Positions 1 through 9,019 of a DNA stretch of 41,776 bases are shown here, one piece after another (the first letter of the stretch is position 1; each line of letters opens with the position of its first letter). The stretch lies in the NCBI GenBank assembly GCA_043778575.1, contig JAYWFX010000005.1, forward strand, positions 1-41,776. Reading direction: 5' to 3'. Under the pieces are notes generated by a model. That model was not told the origin of the DNA. It ran no database searches and saw only the letters and a program-made list of their open reading frames with translations. A program made the translations under genes and the position numbers. The stretch comes from a bacterium (GTDB lineage: Bacteria > Patescibacteriota > JACMRA01).

Positions 1-2015
1 CGATTTTGTCCATGGAAAAGTGTATAGGCGAGGCAGTCATTTTGAAACTCGGTGTCAGCCATCCAGCCATCACTCGGAAACAAAAACTGGTCACGATCAT
101 TGAGCCAAGTCGCCTCCATAGATTTACGTGCAGAAAAATATACTGCAACTTCTCTTAAATTTTTATCAGTTATCCAACTTCCTCTTGGAGCTTTCATTTG
201 TTCTTTTCTGTTCATCACAAAGACAACATTATTCTGTTGAAAATCATTACCAAGGCAAGATATAAATCCAAGTTGCTTTTCACTGGTCCTTTTTCTGGTA
301 GAAATCAACCATTGGTTAATACTTTTTTGTCCATCGTAAGATAAAAATAATTTAGAACCCACACCGACCGAATCCCTATCAAAAATATCAGACATTACAT
401 TTTCAAATTTTTCTTTTTTGCTTGTATTCCAAATCTTAAAACCTATTGGAAACTGACCTTTTACATTATCAAAAGTATCAGCTGGAACTACAAAACAACT
501 TTCTAATTTGGCTATAAAAAAATTTCTAAAATCAATAAAATTTGGTGACTGGAGTGCTTTTAGTGTAGAAAATTCTGCTATCACACAATCAGGTATCTCG
601 AAATAAATTCTTGTAAAAAATTGTATAAATAACTCACGATTTGCACTTTTTCCTAGTTTAGATTTGTACTTGTCATTTACTTTTGATAAATTTAACCCTA
701 TTTTACTTTTTTCACCATGACCCATTGTTTCTGCGTACGGTGGATTAATGTAGATTACCAGTTTTTGGCGTTTGACTGGATTGGCTATAATATCCTGCAA
801 GCCCTGCGGTAACTTGGTAAATTCGTCATTGAGAAAGTCAAACTGAAAGCAGTGATCTGCCAGTAGATTGGCGCCTTGACCACTGATTGACTCCTCGTTC
901 ATCGTGTTGATTCGCTCGTGCATTACGTCTACGTCCTGTGTGTCTAGGGTACTTGCCCAAATGTTGTATTTGTTTGTCAAACCCGCTAGCAAATTGCCAG
1001 TCCCAGCAGCACAATCCCAGATATAGTGTTCGTCCTGCCAGTTATCGCCTAGCACAGATTTGAGATATTCTTGAGATTTATCGACCCAGATTTGCGGAGT
1101 AAAAAAACTACCTTTGCGTTCACGTACGTCTTGTGGTACTAGTAGATCACGACGATTAATGATGTAGTCCCAATATTCGGCGTGTGGTGGTCGTTCGTAC
1201 CGATTCCAAAACTGTTGGTGAGCTTTTTGGTTGTCATTAAAATTAGTGGTCTGAGACGAAAACATACCCATCTCGTTGAGCTTTTTTCCTATTTCGTAGT
1301 GGTTGTCTTTCAGCAGGACATACAGACTTTCCTTTAAACTTTGGTTATCACTCGACAACAGATCTGCAAGATAAAAATCCCCATCAATAATCCCGCTTTT
1401 TTTGGCAATGTCCCAGTTGGGTATGATGCTCGGTTTGACTGCGGTCAGCCACTTGGAGTAGATCGAAATAAAGTTGTTTTTATCGATGCAGATCTTGGAG
1501 GCTGCGGTCTTGCCTATTACCAGATTAATCTTGATAAACTCTCGAATCTCTTTGTCATCGGTAGCATACGTGAATAATAGGGAATTGGTCTGGATAGTTG
1601 ATTGAACTTTGTCTAGAATCAGCTGAAATTCTTTGGTTTCATGGTTGGACGGGGTTACACTCCAATTAAAATCATTGATATAGAAAATATTGTGAACGTC
1701 GCTATACGGCACAAAAGCAATATTCTCAGCATCAAAAGCCCCGATAAAAGCTGGTGGTAAAATCTTATCAAAGGTCCGAGCTTTACCAATTGTTAGGATC
1801 AGCTGGACGATTGATCGATGTATGTCAGATTTGCCTTTTTTGGCTTCTGCCCACAGAAGAGATTGAGTTTCAAACAAGTTATCTTGATCGGTGTTAGTCT
1901 TGTGGGTAACGCAAAAGTCAATATTTCCCACGATCTTGGTGGTATCAAAATCTGAGAAATAATCTCTAGCAATCTGGTTTTTGAGTTCTTCTTCGCGGAT
2001 ATTGTGGTAGGTCAT
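1..2015 (-). CDS. Type IIG/IIL-like fused restriction endonuclease / N6-adenine DNA methyltransferase (start codon present; 3' end runs off the left window edge; >=671 codons)
   Basis: The ORF is absent from the supplied track, presumably because it has no stop inside the window. I translated the minus strand from the ATG at 2013-2015 and checked every in-frame codon down to nt 3; there is no stop. The N-terminus is MTYHNIREEELKNQIARDYFSDFDTTKIVGNIDFCVTHKTNTDQDNLFETQSLLWAEAKKGKSD, with D45-x11-E57-x-K59 (PD-(D/E)xK-like). Residues 334-343, DCAAGTGNLL, match SAM-binding motif I. Residues 424-427, NPPY (nt 735-746), match N6-adenine methyltransferase motif IV. About 245 further residues follow and could be a target-recognition region. 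Confidence 0.75.
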   Translation of the reverse strand, partial: MTYHNIREEELKNQIARDYFSDFDTTKIVGNIDFCVTHKTNTDQDNLFETQSLLWAEAKKGKSDIHRSIVQLILTIGKARTFDKILPPAFIGAFDAENIAFVPYSDVHNIFYINDFNWSVTPSNHETKEFQLILDKVQSTIQTNSLLFTYATDDKEIREFIKINLVIGKTAASKICIDKNNFISIYSKWLTAVKPSIIPNWDIAKKSGIIDGDFYLADLLSSDNQSLKESLYVLLKDNHYEIGKKLNEMGMFSSQTTNFNDNQKAHQQFWNRYERPPHAEYWDYIINRRDLLVPQDVRERKGSFFTPQIWVDKSQEYLKSVLGDNWQDEHYIWDCAAGTGNLLAGLTNKYNIWASTLDTQDVDVMHERINTMNEESISGQGANLLADHCFQFDFLNDEFTKLPQGLQDIIANPVKRQKLVIYINPPYAETMGHGEKSKIGLNLSKVNDKYKSKLGKSANRELFIQFFTRIYFEIPDCVIAEFSTLKALQSPNFIDFRNFFIAKLESCFVVPADTFDNVKGQFPIGFKIWNTSKKEKFENVMSDIFDRDSVGVGSKLFLSYDGQKSINQWLISTRKRTSEKQLGFISCLGNDFQQNNVVFVMNRKEQMKAPRGSWITDKNLREVAVYFSARKSMEATWLNDRDQFLFPSDGWMADTEFQNDCLAYTLFHGQN

Positions 2016-2047
2016 AACTTATTTATCGGGATAATGTTTTCTAATCC

Positions 2048-2073
2048 AAAAAAACCTAGCTGTGTGGGCTAGG
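2048..2073 (-). terminator. Rho-independent terminator downstream of secY
   Basis: The stem is CCTAGC (2055-2060) / GCTAGG (2068-2073) with a 7-nt loop. The A7 run at 2048-2054 reads as a U-tract on the minus strand, 37 nt after the secY stop. Confidence 0.65.
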
Positions 2074-2109
2074 AGTTCTGATAACAGGATGAGGGTTATA
2101 CTGCGTGGT

Positions 2110-3828
2110 CTAATATTTAGTAAATCTTTCGTAGTCGATTGAGGTTGCTTGGGCCTCGACTTGCTTTAGGGTTTCGATTGTTACTGATACTAAAATCAAT
2201 AGTGTCGTACCACCTACAATACCGCTGAGCGTACCATCACCAAATTGGATGTTTTTGCTGAAAATCAGAGGTACTACGGCAATCACAGCTAAAAATATAC
2301 TACCAGCTACATTGAGTCGATTAGAAATAAAACTCAGGTAGCTCTCAGTTTCTACGCCCGGTCTGACACCAGGGATATACGCATTTGATTTCTGCAGGTT
2401 TTCAGCTACATCATCGGTTTTAAAGGCGACTGTAGATGTGTAGAAATAAGTAAAGAATACGATTAAAATAAAGTAGAAAAGAGTGTAAGCTAAAATTCCG
2501 TTCCATCTGATAACATATTCTGGTAAAAATCCAAGGTTACTTCCTGGCACATCAAAACGTAAAAAAGTCCCTTCAAAAAAACTATTTTTCACTGCTTTGT
2601 TTTCTTCATTGTCTTGCTTGAGTGTAGATATGGTAAAACCTAATAATTCTTGACCTGTGGTTGTATCATAATTTTCTGCGGCTTTTGCAGATGTCGCATC
2701 AGTCGTACCATAAAAACTCAACAATTCTTTAGGGAGGTTGTCTGGCTTTATGGCTGTTTCTTTTGGATTGGTACTCAGGTAGTTCTCTACGTTTTTGGCA
2801 GTAGTTTTAAATGATTCGACGTTTGAAGTAGCAAAGAATCGAGATAAAATGGTAGGAAACAAAATAAATGAGACTGCAAAAATAATAGGTAACACACCAG
2901 CAATATTTACTTTGATTGGTAGATCGGCTTGGACGCCTGACATGGTTCGAGATTTTCCTTCGGTATGACCTCTGCGTGAATATACGATATGCAGCTTTCT
3001 CACAGCGTCATTGATAAACACCACAAGCAGTAAAACTGATATAAATACCCCAAACAAAATAAACGTATTTCTCACTGCTCCCCACGTTTGATTGCCCCAG
3101 AGCAAAGCTTCCCAGACCTCTTTGTTTCCTACTTTTGAAAAGCTAAATCTCTTGAATAATTCAGAAAAATTAGGCGATGCATAATTCCAGTATTTTACTA
3201 ACTGATTAGGCATTCGAACGATAATACCTGATAAAATAAGGAGTGAGATACCATTCCCCATCTTAAACTCTGTTATGATCTCGCCGATGTACATGATGAT
3301 GATACTACCAGCTGTCATAGCTGCGATAACCGCAAACCAATAGCCAAAAGTAGTTGGTGAAATCTCTGGTCGTTTCAGTACCTCTGGTAATTCAATTTGG
3401 GCACCACCTTGGTTGAGGGCACCGTTTGAAAGGAATTGCAAAATACCCCATGACTGCAACGCTGCTAGTGGTACTGCTAAATATCTTGTCCATCGATTGA
3501 TTTTTTGCTCTCCGAGTTGACCCTCTTCTTTTCTGATTTCAGCTATTTTTGGTACGATTACACCCAGCAACTGAATTACGATAGATGCAGTAATAAACGG
3601 GCCTACTCCAAGCATGACAAACGATAATTGTCCATATGCTCCACCTGAAATAGTATTTAATAAACTAAGAGCGGAGTCGGAGTCGATAATTGGTGTGATG
3701 TCTTGTGTCCTGAGTACAGGAATTGGGATGTGTGACAAAAACCTAGCTACGATTAAAAGTAATACAATTTTGATTAGTTTTGAACGTAATTCTGGGTCAG
3801 TAAATGCCAATATGAGTCGTCGAAACAT
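2110..3828 (-). CDS. secY: Preprotein translocase subunit SecY, unusually long (572 aa)
   Basis: SecY hallmarks run the full length: the N-terminal [74 protein letters not shown], and [15 protein letters not shown]. There are two extra segments relative to ~440-aa SecYs. Confidence 0.96.
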   Translation of the reverse strand: MFRRLILAFTDPELRSKLIKIVLLLIVARFLSHIPIPVLRTQDITPIIDSDSALSLLNTISGGAYGQLSFVMLGVGPFITASIVIQLLGVIVPKIAEIRKEEGQLGEQKINRWTRYLAVPLAALQSWGILQFLSNGALNQGGAQIELPEVLKRPEISPTTFGYWFAVIAAMTAGSIIIMYIGEIITEFKMGNGISLLILSGIIVRMPNQLVKYWNYASPNFSELFKRFSFSKVGNKEVWEALLWGNQTWGAVRNTFILFGVFISVLLLVVFINDAVRKLHIVYSRRGHTEGKSRTMSGVQADLPIKVNIAGVLPIIFAVSFILFPTILSRFFATSNVESFKTTAKNVENYLSTNPKETAIKPDNLPKELLSFYGTTDATSAKAAENYDTTTGQELLGFTISTLKQDNEENKAVKNSFFEGTFLRFDVPGSNLGFLPEYVIRWNGILAYTLFYFILIVFFTYFYTSTVAFKTDDVAENLQKSNAYIPGVRPGVETESYLSFISNRLNVAGSIFLAVIAVVPLIFSKNIQFGDGTLSGIVGGTTLLILVSVTIETLKQVEAQATSIDYERFTKY

Positions 3829-3940
3829 GATTACATTAATAAAAGGAATGTTTGAAACTTGTCAAAAAACCTTTTTAAATAGATTTTGGAATAGTTTTCA
3901 GAAAAAAAACGTAAAATTATCCCTCATCACCCACTCTTTT

Positions 3941-4495
3941 ATGCTTTCACACATTAGAAATTTTAGTATTATTGCACATATTGATCATGGAAAAAGCACT
4001 TTAGCTGACCGTTTGATGGAAATGACTGGTACAGTTGCTCACAGAGACATGAAAGATCAGACTCTAGATAAAATGGACTTAGAGCGAGAAAGAGGAATTA
4101 CTATAAAACTCCAACCAGTACGGATGATGTACGAGGAGGATGGTACACAGTATATCCTAAACCTGATAGACACTCCCGGGCATGTAGATTTTGCATATGA
4201 GGTGTCGCGGTCGCTAGCTGCTTGTGAAGGGGCGATTTTGGTAGTAGATGCCAGTCAAGGAATCCAAGCACAAACCTTGGCAAACTTATATGCGGCTATG
4301 GAGCAGGATCTAGCTATTATCCCAGTGTTAAACAAGATTGACTTACCAAACGCAGATGTCGATGCTCGCGCTGAAGAAATCAAAAGAATTCTAGGTTATG
4401 ACAGAGACCAGATACTCCTCGTGAGTGCCAAAACAGGGCAGGGTGTAGATGAGTTACTCAAAGCAATTGTAAAGAGAATTCCGTGTCCTAAATAA
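3941..4495 (+). CDS. lepA: Elongation factor 4 (LepA) fragment: GTPase domain only (184 aa), 3'-truncated, possible pseudogene
   Basis: [25 protein letters not shown] (G1), [20 protein letters not shown] (G3), NKIDL (G4), SAKTG (G5). The ORF stops at ...KRIPCPK*, exactly where LepA domain II should begin. The upstream part of the track ORF (3614-3940) overlaps secY and is an artefact. Confidence 0.8.
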   Translation: MLSHIRNFSIIAHIDHGKSTLADRLMEMTGTVAHRDMKDQTLDKMDLERERGITIKLQPVRMMYEEDGTQYILNLIDTPGHVDFAYEVSRSLAACEGAILVVDASQGIQAQTLANLYAAMEQDLAIIPVLNKIDLPNADVDARAEEIKRILGYDRDQILLVSAKTGQGVDELLKAIVKRIPCPK

Positions 4496-4586
4496 ATGAG
4501 TTTTTAATAAAATCGGTTTCATCAAACTATGTTGCTGCAAAAGCAGATTTGACAACTTTACCATATAATGAGGAAAAATAGATTGT

Positions 4587-5711
4587 ATGTCACAAATTAT
4601 TTTAGAAAAACCTACAAAAAACATCATTGGGTTGATTGCACCATCAGGTTTTGGAAAGAGCGAGGCGACTAGAAAATTGGAGGCTGCAGGTATTGTCAGA
4701 ATCAAATCATACTACGAACTAGTTGTAGAAATAGATCAAGAGAACAGTAGATACATTGGACGTTATCCAAGAAGTGAGGTTGAGGGTGAGTCTGTTTGGA
4801 AGGAGGGTATAATAGATCCCGCATCTTGTATAGATCCAGAAACAAAAAAATTTAAAAGTGATAATCATAAAGCACTTTTAAATGAAGAAATACAAAAAGG
4901 CTCATACACACCAGAAAATGTGATGTGGGAAAAAGTTTCAAGTGCTGATTTGGAAATGTATGAATGCGTTACTCCAGAATCATTGAATGCAATGTTAGCT
5001 GCTGATCCTTTGTGTTCAGTTGAACCAGTTTATGGATCAAGAAGAGTGTATCCGTGGGGTGATATATTTGAGAAAATGGAGCAAGGTGAGCAGTTCTTCA
5101 TGGAATTAGCACCAAAAACTGTTCAATCCATCTCTAAAATCTTAATTGAGAACAATCAACCCTTTGAGCTACACGAATTCACCCTGCCTGATGCTATACT
5201 TGAATTTCAAATGATAAATTTTAGAGGTGAACCAGTAAATGTAGTTGCTGATCGTATGAAAGATACGCGCAAGCACAACACTCAATTAGCGGATCCAAAT
5301 TCAGTGTATAGCCAGCTTGTTACGCAACTAGAAGATTTAGATAAATATAAACGACATGACATAAAATGCAAAATATTCTCAAAGTCAGAGCATCCAAACG
5401 ATGGAAAACCATACACAGCCGGGTATGATGAAAACAATGTAGCACAAATTAAATTTTTGAAAAGAAGCTTGACTTATGATTCTCAGTCACGAACTATGAT
5501 GGATATTGTTAATGATTCTGAGCTACCTATCATTGAAGATATTATTAGGGGTAAAGGTGAGTATGTCCCATCAGAGCTTGAGTTTAAGATTGCATTGCAA
5601 GGATTTGAGAGTAAAAATATTTTCACTACTATGATTAGTATCTTAAGGGAACGATGTCGACTTCTTTTTCCAAACGAAACAACTTTCGAGCGTAGCATTG
5701 CAAGACGTTAA
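4587..5711 (+). CDS. P-loop protein, divergent guanylate-kinase-like core with an internal insertion and a ~150-aa C-terminal extension
   Basis: Walker A is IGLIAPSGFGKSE. GRYPRSEVEGESVW resembles the guanylate-kinase TRxPRxGExxGxxY motif. EPVYGSRRVYPWGDIFEKMEQGEQFFMEL resembles the GMK 'E..xYG(T)...G..vile' block. A TATAAT sits at 4564-4569 and GAGGA lies about 14 nt upstream of the ATG. Confidence 0.4.
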   Translation: MSQIILEKPTKNIIGLIAPSGFGKSEATRKLEAAGIVRIKSYYELVVEIDQENSRYIGRYPRSEVEGESVWKEGIIDPASCIDPETKKFKSDNHKALLNEEIQKGSYTPENVMWEKVSSADLEMYECVTPESLNAMLAADPLCSVEPVYGSRRVYPWGDIFEKMEQGEQFFMELAPKTVQSISKILIENNQPFELHEFTLPDAILEFQMINFRGEPVNVVADRMKDTRKHNTQLADPNSVYSQLVTQLEDLDKYKRHDIKCKIFSKSEHPNDGKPYTAGYDENNVAQIKFLKRSLTYDSQSRTMMDIVNDSELPIIEDIIRGKGEYVPSELEFKIALQGFESKNIFTTMISILRERCRLLFPNETTFERSIARR

Positions 5712-6331
5712 TCAACTACTTTTCTCAATTTATCCCAAGTGGGAAGGGCAGGGTACACCAACTTTATTTTATCTTTGGACTGGTTCAAAAACTTTTGCAC
5801 ATCTAACCCTGTAGAGATTGAATTTACCCAAATCACATTTGAGTCGTCAGCAATAATCGTATAGAGTTTGAGATTATCAAATATCTTTTGTTTCCAGTTG
5901 AGCTCATCTGGCTGCAATGCTCCATATAAATCATGAAAAATAGTCACTAGCTGAGTTTTTGGATTGCAGGATAGGCTTCTGGGCTGAGGTAAAAACAGTA
6001 GATCAAATTCATGAAGTTTGCTGTTTCTGGTTTTCTTTCTCAATCTAAAATCTAGGGTAACCACCACATTTATTATTTTGATCGGTATTTTAGTAGAAAC
6101 ACAAAGATAATCCTGAATAGAAATATGCTGATTCCACATTATGCCAAAAAAAGGAAACTCCAAAGAAAGTTTAGTTTGTTGTTGTGAGCTTAGTCCTATT
6201 CCGATTAGCTCTAGGTTTCCCTTGGTTTTTTTCTGTAGCCATAGCTGGTATAGAAAATGTAGTGTATAAGTGTTTACTCCAGTGAGAAGATGATAGTTTA
6301 GACATCTCAGGTCGACAGCAATTTGCTTCAT
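5708..6331 (-). CDS. GT4/GT-B glycosyltransferase, N-terminal Rossmann half only (207 aa), apparently 3'-truncated
   Basis: MKQIAVDLRCLNYHLLTGVNTYTLHFL matches the typical GT4 start. ...LVTIFHDLYGAL...IWVNSISTGLDVQKFL...KIKLVYPALP then ends before the donor-binding C-terminal domain. Its stop overlaps the stop of the 4587-5711 gene in TTAA (5708-5711). Confidence 0.55.
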   Translation of the reverse strand: MKQIAVDLRCLNYHLLTGVNTYTLHFLYQLWLQKKTKGNLELIGIGLSSQQQTKLSLEFPFFGIMWNQHISIQDYLCVSTKIPIKIINVVVTLDFRLRKKTRNSKLHEFDLLFLPQPRSLSCNPKTQLVTIFHDLYGALQPDELNWKQKIFDNLKLYTIIADDSNVIWVNSISTGLDVQKFLNQSKDKIKLVYPALPTWDKLRKVVD

Positions 6332-6337
6332 ATTAGT

Positions 6338-7564
6338 TTATGATTCAACCAGTGACAGGCGTTCAGTTTTTTCTTCAGTATATTCGAGTTTGTCGATGTG
6401 TCTGACTACTCCGATGAGATTTTTATCAGCTTTGTCATAGTTATCCTGAGCTTGTCTAATCTTGTCTCCAAGTTTCCTAAATTCGTCTTGAAAGTTTTCT
6501 ACATTTTTACGGATTTCACCGAGCCCTTTTATTATGTTGTGAGCGTTTTGACTGATGAGCTGCTGCCCCTGATAGATTTTAATTTGAATAATCACTGGAA
6601 AAATAGTCACTGGTGATGTTGGGGTTACACGGCAGTTTCTCAAAAAATCCATTGTTTCTGGGCTGTTTACGACTTCAGAGTACATGCTATCACTAGGTAA
6701 ATACATAATTAGACTGTCTAAAAACCCAACGCGATTATACTTTTTATTGATACTGTCGGCCATAGCACACACACCCTTGAGAAATGCTTTTTGCAGTGAG
6801 TTTCGCTGAGCAGGTTCAGCATCGATAAAGTCTTGATAACTAGTCAGTGGGAATTTTGAGTCAACTCCAATCTTTTTATCATCTAAATATATTACAAAAT
6901 CAATTTTATCGCTAGATTCGGGTACTTGTACTTGTTTTGACCAGCTTCCATGAGACAGGTTTTCACTCAGGAGACTTTCCAAATAGTTCTCACTAAAATT
7001 CCCAAATGCTTTACTGCTTGTTCGAGCAAAAATTGTGTTGAGCTTGTCTACTGATGTGGTAGATTCTATCATCTTGGTAGCCATAACCTGCATTTGACCT
7101 AGATGATTACTAACTTGTTCAAAAGATTTTTGATGTTGAGCAAAACTCGTATCTAGCCTGAGTTGTACATCTGTGTTTATTTGATTGAGTCGCTCCTGAT
7201 TAGTTTTTGATAGTGAATCTAACTGAAACTTTACTGTTTCTTGGATGCCTAGAAAAGCTTTTTGAAGTTGACTCTGTGTTTGAACTAAATTTTCTACTAA
7301 CCCCTTTGACATTTGATCTTGGAGAGACATCTGAAATTTATTTAAGTTCTCCATTTGCATGTCACTTATACCATAGATTTGTTTCATCAAGTTGCTCTCA
7401 GTCTCGTGTTGCGACTTACCTAAATCCACCAAAATTTTGTTTACCAGTTTTTCTTCATCGATCTGTGTCTCAGATGTTTTTTTTCTAAAGTGAGTTGACC
7501 AGATAATAAATGCCAATGCACATATAATCGTAATTGCTGAGATATTTAATAAGATTATGTCCAT
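6338..7564 (-). CDS. rmuC: DNA recombination protein RmuC family
   Basis: There is an N-terminal TM helix (MDIILLNISAITIICALAFIIW), a long coiled coil, and the RmuC core KIDFVIYLDDKKIGVDSKFPLTSYQDF ... MYLPSDSMYSEV. An alternative upstream start lies at 7615. Confidence 0.8.
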   Translation of the reverse strand: MDIILLNISAITIICALAFIIWSTHFRKKTSETQIDEEKLVNKILVDLGKSQHETESNLMKQIYGISDMQMENLNKFQMSLQDQMSKGLVENLVQTQSQLQKAFLGIQETVKFQLDSLSKTNQERLNQINTDVQLRLDTSFAQHQKSFEQVSNHLGQMQVMATKMIESTTSVDKLNTIFARTSSKAFGNFSENYLESLLSENLSHGSWSKQVQVPESSDKIDFVIYLDDKKIGVDSKFPLTSYQDFIDAEPAQRNSLQKAFLKGVCAMADSINKKYNRVGFLDSLIMYLPSDSMYSEVVNSPETMDFLRNCRVTPTSPVTIFPVIIQIKIYQGQQLISQNAHNIIKGLGEIRKNVENFQDEFRKLGDKIRQAQDNYDKADKNLIGVVRHIDKLEYTEEKTERLSLVES

Positions 7565-7937
7565 AGAATTTGTTCTAACTCGTGAATTAGAGATATGGAG
7601 GATTGATCCTGTCAATGAAGCTAGGGTTTTGATAAAAAAAATCGTCTCTGATACTGGTAGGTTAGAACTCGCTCAGTCATTTGCAGATATCTGGAAGAAA
7701 TTATTCATAGATGGGGTTTTTGACCGTGTTAGCCAAATGACTCTCATTGTAGGGTCTGATGCTGGATTTACAGACACTAGAATCATTTACATTTGGTTAA
7801 AATCTGCTGAAATGTTTGATAATATAACTATTTATATAGTTTCCAACGGTCAGCAAGGTGACAATAAAAACCTGAGTATCACACAAACTAATATATTAAC
7901 ATATAGCGGCGAACCTAGAATCGGTGTAAAAAAATGA
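7557..7937 (+). CDS. Hypothetical protein, weak resemblance to the N-terminal half of TsaB/YeaZ
   Basis: LIVGSDAGFTDTRIIYIWLKS resembles the TsaB 'GPGSFTGLRIG' segment. At 126 aa it would be only half a TsaB. Confidence 0.3.
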   Translation: MSIEFVLTRELEIWRIDPVNEARVLIKKIVSDTGRLELAQSFADIWKKLFIDGVFDRVSQMTLIVGSDAGFTDTRIIYIWLKSAEMFDNITIYIVSNGQQGDNKNLSITQTNILTYSGEPRIGVKK

Positions 7938-7990
7938 TTAAAGGCAGTATTCTTGACAAAAATGAATGAATTAGGACTTATTTTCTGGTA

Positions 7991-8518
7991 ATGGCTGTTA
8001 CACATCAGAAAAAAATTGAGATTGTCCAAGAGCTACAAGATCTCGTGTTACCACAAAAGACTTGTGTGCTGCTTTCGACAAACGAAACCGGAGAGTCTCT
8101 TGATTCCTCAGCAAATTTTGAGTTACGATCAAAAGCTCGAAAAGGTGGTATTATTGTTAAGGTGGTAAAAAACACATTGATCCGTATCGTTTTCCCTCAG
8201 ACTCCTGAGCTAAGCGGTCAAACATACTTAGCGTATCTAGAGGATCCAAAGCAAGGTGATGAAGTTACTGTTCCCAAGGTAATTGTGGATTTAGTGAAAG
8301 AAAAATTTGAAACAAAATTTAAAGTTTTAGGTGCTGTTGTAAATGGAGAGTTTTTAGATACAAACCAAACTTCATTACTTTCAAAAACACCTTCACTTTC
8401 ACAATCCATGGCTACAATCGCAGCTACATTAAACCAATTCGCAAGCAAGATTGCAGTTGGAATTAAAGAGATTCCAAGTGGAATTGCACGTGGTATCAAT
8501 GCCATGGCAACAAAATAG
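7991..8518 (+). CDS. rplJ: 50S ribosomal protein L10
   Basis: The size (175 aa), the position immediately upstream of L7/L12, and an L10-like N-terminus (KKIEIVQELQDLV...) and C-terminal helix support the call. Confidence 0.9.
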   Translation: MAVTHQKKIEIVQELQDLVLPQKTCVLLSTNETGESLDSSANFELRSKARKGGIIVKVVKNTLIRIVFPQTPELSGQTYLAYLEDPKQGDEVTVPKVIVDLVKEKFETKFKVLGAVVNGEFLDTNQTSLLSKTPSLSQSMATIAATLNQFASKIAVGIKEIPSGIARGINAMATK

Positions 8519-8582
8519 TTCTTGACAAAATACACATTATTCACCCCTTATTTAAAATAGCTTAACGCCTTATATCATTGTT

Positions 8583-8963
8583 ATGTCCAGCAAAGTCCAA
8601 GTAATTATCGACGAATTAAAAACACTATCTCTTTTAGAGGCTTCAGAATTAGTAAAAGCAATTGAGGAGACATTTGATGTTTCAGCTTCAGCACCAGTAT
8701 CAGTGGTTGCAGCAGGTCCAGCAGCAGATGCAGCACCAGTAGAAGAAAAAACCTCCTTTAACGTAAAAGTTACAGATGTCCCAGCAGATAAAAAGATTGC
8801 TGTCATCAAAGTAGTAAAAAACGTTCTTAATATTGGTCTAGCAGATGCAAAAACCAAAGTAGAAGGCGTTCCATTTATTCTTTCAGAGGGAGTAAACAAA
8901 GAAACGGCTGAGAAGCAAAAAGAAGAATTAGTAGCAGCAGGAGCAGGTGTTGCGCTAGAATAG
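8583..8963 (+). CDS. rplL: 50S ribosomal protein L7/L12
   Basis: IIDELKTLSLLEASELVKAIEETFDVSA, an Ala/Pro hinge, and the C-terminal domain KIAVIKVVKNVLNIGLADAKTKVEG...EELVAAGAGVALE. Confidence 0.97.
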   Translation: MSSKVQVIIDELKTLSLLEASELVKAIEETFDVSASAPVSVVAAGPAADAAPVEEKTSFNVKVTDVPADKKIAVIKVVKNVLNIGLADAKTKVEGVPFILSEGVNKETAEKQKEELVAAGAGVALE

Positions 8964-9019
8964 TCACGTTTCCCTAGTTTGAATCCAAAAACGAAAAACC
9001 TATCTACAAGATATATAAT

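Noticed and set aside
52-1577. Plus-strand track ORFs 52-240 and 1341-1577
   Set aside because: Both lie antisense inside the long, motif-bearing minus-strand methyltransferase ORF. They have low-complexity, unrecognisable products and are most likely spurious.
3614-3940. N-terminal extension of the lepA track ORF ([14 protein letters not shown]...)
   Set aside because: It overlaps the secY coding region on the opposite strand and has no LepA similarity. LepA homology begins at the ATG at 3941.
4549-4569. TTGACA (4549-4554) plus TATAAT (4564-4569) as a canonical promoter
   Set aside because: The spacer is only 9 nt, so the two hexamers cannot act as a -35/-10 pair. Only the -10-like box is noted.
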